A stretch of 64,000 nucleotides of DNA, taken from positions 3,543,723 through 3,607,722 of the forward strand of contig CAJINV010000001.1 in assembly GCA_905178155.1 (NCBI GenBank), in the 5' to 3' direction. Numbering within the stretch: the first letter of the stretch is position 1; each line of letters starts with the position of its first letter. Of the stretch, positions 61,501 through 64,000 are shown in pieces. The notes beneath the pieces were generated by a model. It saw only the letters and a list, made by a program, of their open reading frames with translations. It ran no database searches and was not told where the DNA came from. Both the position numbers and the translations under genes were made by a program. This DNA comes from Amoebophrya sp. A120 (lineage: Eukaryota > Protista > Dinoflagellata).

Positions 61501-63165
61501 CGATCGACAACGGGGATGACGACGAGGATCTGAGCGACACGCCCGGTTTTTTCGAAAACCTTTTTGGCCGGGGCGGAGACGAAAAGCCGCGCCCGAGCGG
61601 AACGTCCGGCGGTCTACCGAACTTGGCCGGGGGTCCGCCAGCGCGCCTCTCCGCCGGTCCAGCATCCGCAGGGCCAAAAGCCGCTCCCCCGAGGAACGCG
61701 CCCGCCAGTCCGCCTCGTGGGCAGCCGAAAGAGGAACCCAGCCCCACTCCGCAGTCGAGCGCCCGCGAGTCCGGAGGTCCCGGGAGCCGACCGCGCGAGC
61801 TGCGCGGAATCGTTCGCGCCTCCATGGCTCTGAACCGGTCTTTCGGCACAGCAAAAGGCAACAACTTGCCTTCCGGGATAACCAGCTCGCAGCAGGCGTA
61901 CCCAGCAAGTTCCCAAGGGCCAGGGTCGCGAGCTCCGCAGAGCGGCAAGCCGGCGACTGGCGGGAAAGGAGCCGGGGCTGGTCTGAAGCAGAATCCCAAT
62001 AATCGGAACCAGGGGACTGGTATCAAGGACTTTCTCGGTTCGGCACATACTGACGGTGGGGAGGATGAACAAGAGCCGGAAGAAGACGAGCCGGAAGAGG
62101 AGGAGGAGGAGGTGGGCTTTTTCGGCAGGTTGTTTGGGTGGGGAACGCCCAGCGGGAGTGAGAAAAGCACGCCCCGAAAGAAGTCGAAGGCTGAAGCGGC
62201 TCCTCCAAAGTCGAACGAAAAGAAACGGGGCGAGCGGGCGAATACGCGAGACTCGAGCCAGCTGGAAAGCGGCGCGCGGGACTCGAAGCCGCCGGCCGAA
62301 GAGGACGAAGAGCCCGGATTTTTCGCCAATGCGTGGAATTGGCTAACCGGCCAAGAATCGCCAAAGACGTCAGCGCGCAGCGAAAGCACCGCCACCGGCG
62401 CCGCGGACAACTCTGCAAAAGGGAAGGGAAAGGGGATGGGGTCAAATCTGCAGCGACCGTCGGGTAGTGAAAGAGCAGGTACTTATTGAACTTGTTTCGT
62501 GATGAATTACTTGTCTGGGTGGCATCCTGTTCGTTGGAGGAAAAGAGACCGACATGAGACTTCGCAATTGCAAATTGCAAAGGGGAGCAGTGTCATGAAA
62601 CACATTTTCACAGGTCCGTCGTCACCAGGGGAACCCAAAAGCTACAATGCTTTGCAGGAGCTCAGCATGCCATCCCGCAGACGCCCCAGCTACGCACCTT
62701 GGTCTGAAGCAGAATTTTGGTGGGAAGGACCGCTCGAGGACGAAGAGGACCCCTGGGAATATATGCGGCAGATGTGTGCTGTGCAGGTAAAAGTACTACG
62801 TGCAATACTTACAACCAGTAAGAAAGCATGTGAGTTCAGAATCAATTATCGTCGTGCTCGTTTTTCATTTTTTATTCTGTTTCGCGGTGTTTTGGGTTTC
62901 TCTTTCTGTCTCGGATGTGAACGAATTTCATCTGCAAATAATATTTGATCCCAGTGGCTAGCCCATCACCGCAATGAGGAAGACGAACTGTTTCCGCCCC
63001 CTGAGGAAGTCGACGAGGTCACGTACCGCATTGCGACGCACGGAAAAACCGATGGAGCAGATCCCCTTGCACTTCTGAATGCAAAAATTCCTACGAGCGC
63101 GGGAGGTGGAGGTATAAGGAGCGGCCTCCAGCGACAGAATTCTCCAGCGAGCAGAGGGCCTGCAA
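58568..63165 (+). CDS. Large hypothetical protein, 3'-incomplete
   Basis: Exons 58568-60613, 60837-~62479, 62614-62786, ~62955-63165 with GT-AG introns. Pro/Ser-rich ends, a helical middle, and repeated EPGFF..LFG motifs. Confidence 0.65.
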
Positions 63166-63344
63166 GTATATTTATTAGATGAAGTCTTGGTTGAGTCACC
63201 GTGCAAACGCAATAACAAGTGTCTTTTTCAGTACTGCTGGCGCTCTCAGCTGTTACTCTACGCGCACAAGAGATTGCATACAAGTCGGCAGGTTATGTCG
63301 CCACAGTGTGTCGATCAACGAGAATCAGGAAAGCGAGGGCCCGC

Positions 63345-64000
63345 GAAACCGAGAAAGCCGAAAGGCCGAGAAAGAGCCGAAAGGCCGAGAAAGAGCCGAA
63401 AGGCCGAGAATGAGCCGGAAGACCGAGAAAGAGCCGAAGGGCCGAGAAGGGGCCGAAAGGCCGGGGAAGGGCCGAAAGGCTGAGAAAGCCGAGAAAGAGC
63501 CGAAAGGCCGGGAAAGAGCCGAAAGGTCGAGAAATGCATGGCCGAAAGGCCGGAAAAGAGCCGAAAGGCCGGAAAAGAGCCAAAAGGCCGGAAAAAAGCC
63601 GAAAGGCCGGAGAAGAGCCGAAAGGCCGGGAAAGAGCCGAAAGGCCGGAAAAGAGCCGAAAGGCCGCAAAAGAGCCGAAAGGCCGGAAAAGAGTCGAATG
63701 GCCGGAAAAGAGTCGAAAGGCCGGAAAAGAGGCGGGAAGGCCGAGAAAGCCGAAAGGCCGAGAAAGTAAGCCGAAAGGCCGAGAACGCCGGGAAAGAACC
63801 GAAAGGCCGGAAAAGAGCCGAAAGGCCGGAAAAGAGCCGAAAGGCCGAAAAAGAGCCGGGAAGGCCGGGAAAGCCGAAAGGCCGAGAAAGTAAGCCGGAA
63901 GGCCGAGAACGCCGAAAGGCCGAGAAAGCCGAAAGGCCGAGAAAGCCGAAAGGCCGAGAAAGAGCCGAAAGGCCGGAAAAGAGCCGAAAGGCCGGAAAAG
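63345..64000. repeat. Purine-rich minisatellite, ~19-nt unit gccgaaaggccggaaaaga, runs off the window
   Basis: More than 30 degenerate units; T is rare on the + strand. Confidence 0.9.

Noticed and set aside
63345-64000. Hammerhead ribozyme (GGCCGAAAGGCC stem II look-alike) and K/R/E/P-rich ORFs
   Set aside because: No CUGAnGA core was found. The ORFs are open in several frames only because T is scarce.

Overview
Eukaryotic (not prokaryotic) DNA: about 18 protein-coding genes with GC-rich exons and AT-richer spacers, all on the + strand. Many are multi-exon with short GT-AG introns whose 3' ends are A/C-rich. Recognisable products are TAF7-like, CCDC40, a DUF4787-like protein, a TRPV-like ankyrin channel, an acyltransferase-3, a GH38/DUF5054-like glycosidase, a His-Me-finger-like protein, a degenerate ARF, a P5-type ATPase and CstF-50. 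There is also a 5'-truncated RNase H-bearing LINE with a perfect 15-bp target-site duplication, and a GAAA-hairpin minisatellite at the right edge. The main signal is four unrelated insertions (150-575 nt) inside coding exons. Each has long terminal inverted repeats and a 5-6 bp direct repeat, and removing the element plus one repeat copy restores the reading frame. For two of them no frame-restoring GT-AG splice was found at the element ends. They look like transposon-derived non-canonical introns (introners). Together with the unidirectional gene order this suggests a syndinian dinoflagellate such as Amoebophrya (inference). All gene models and family calls were made by eye, without database searches.
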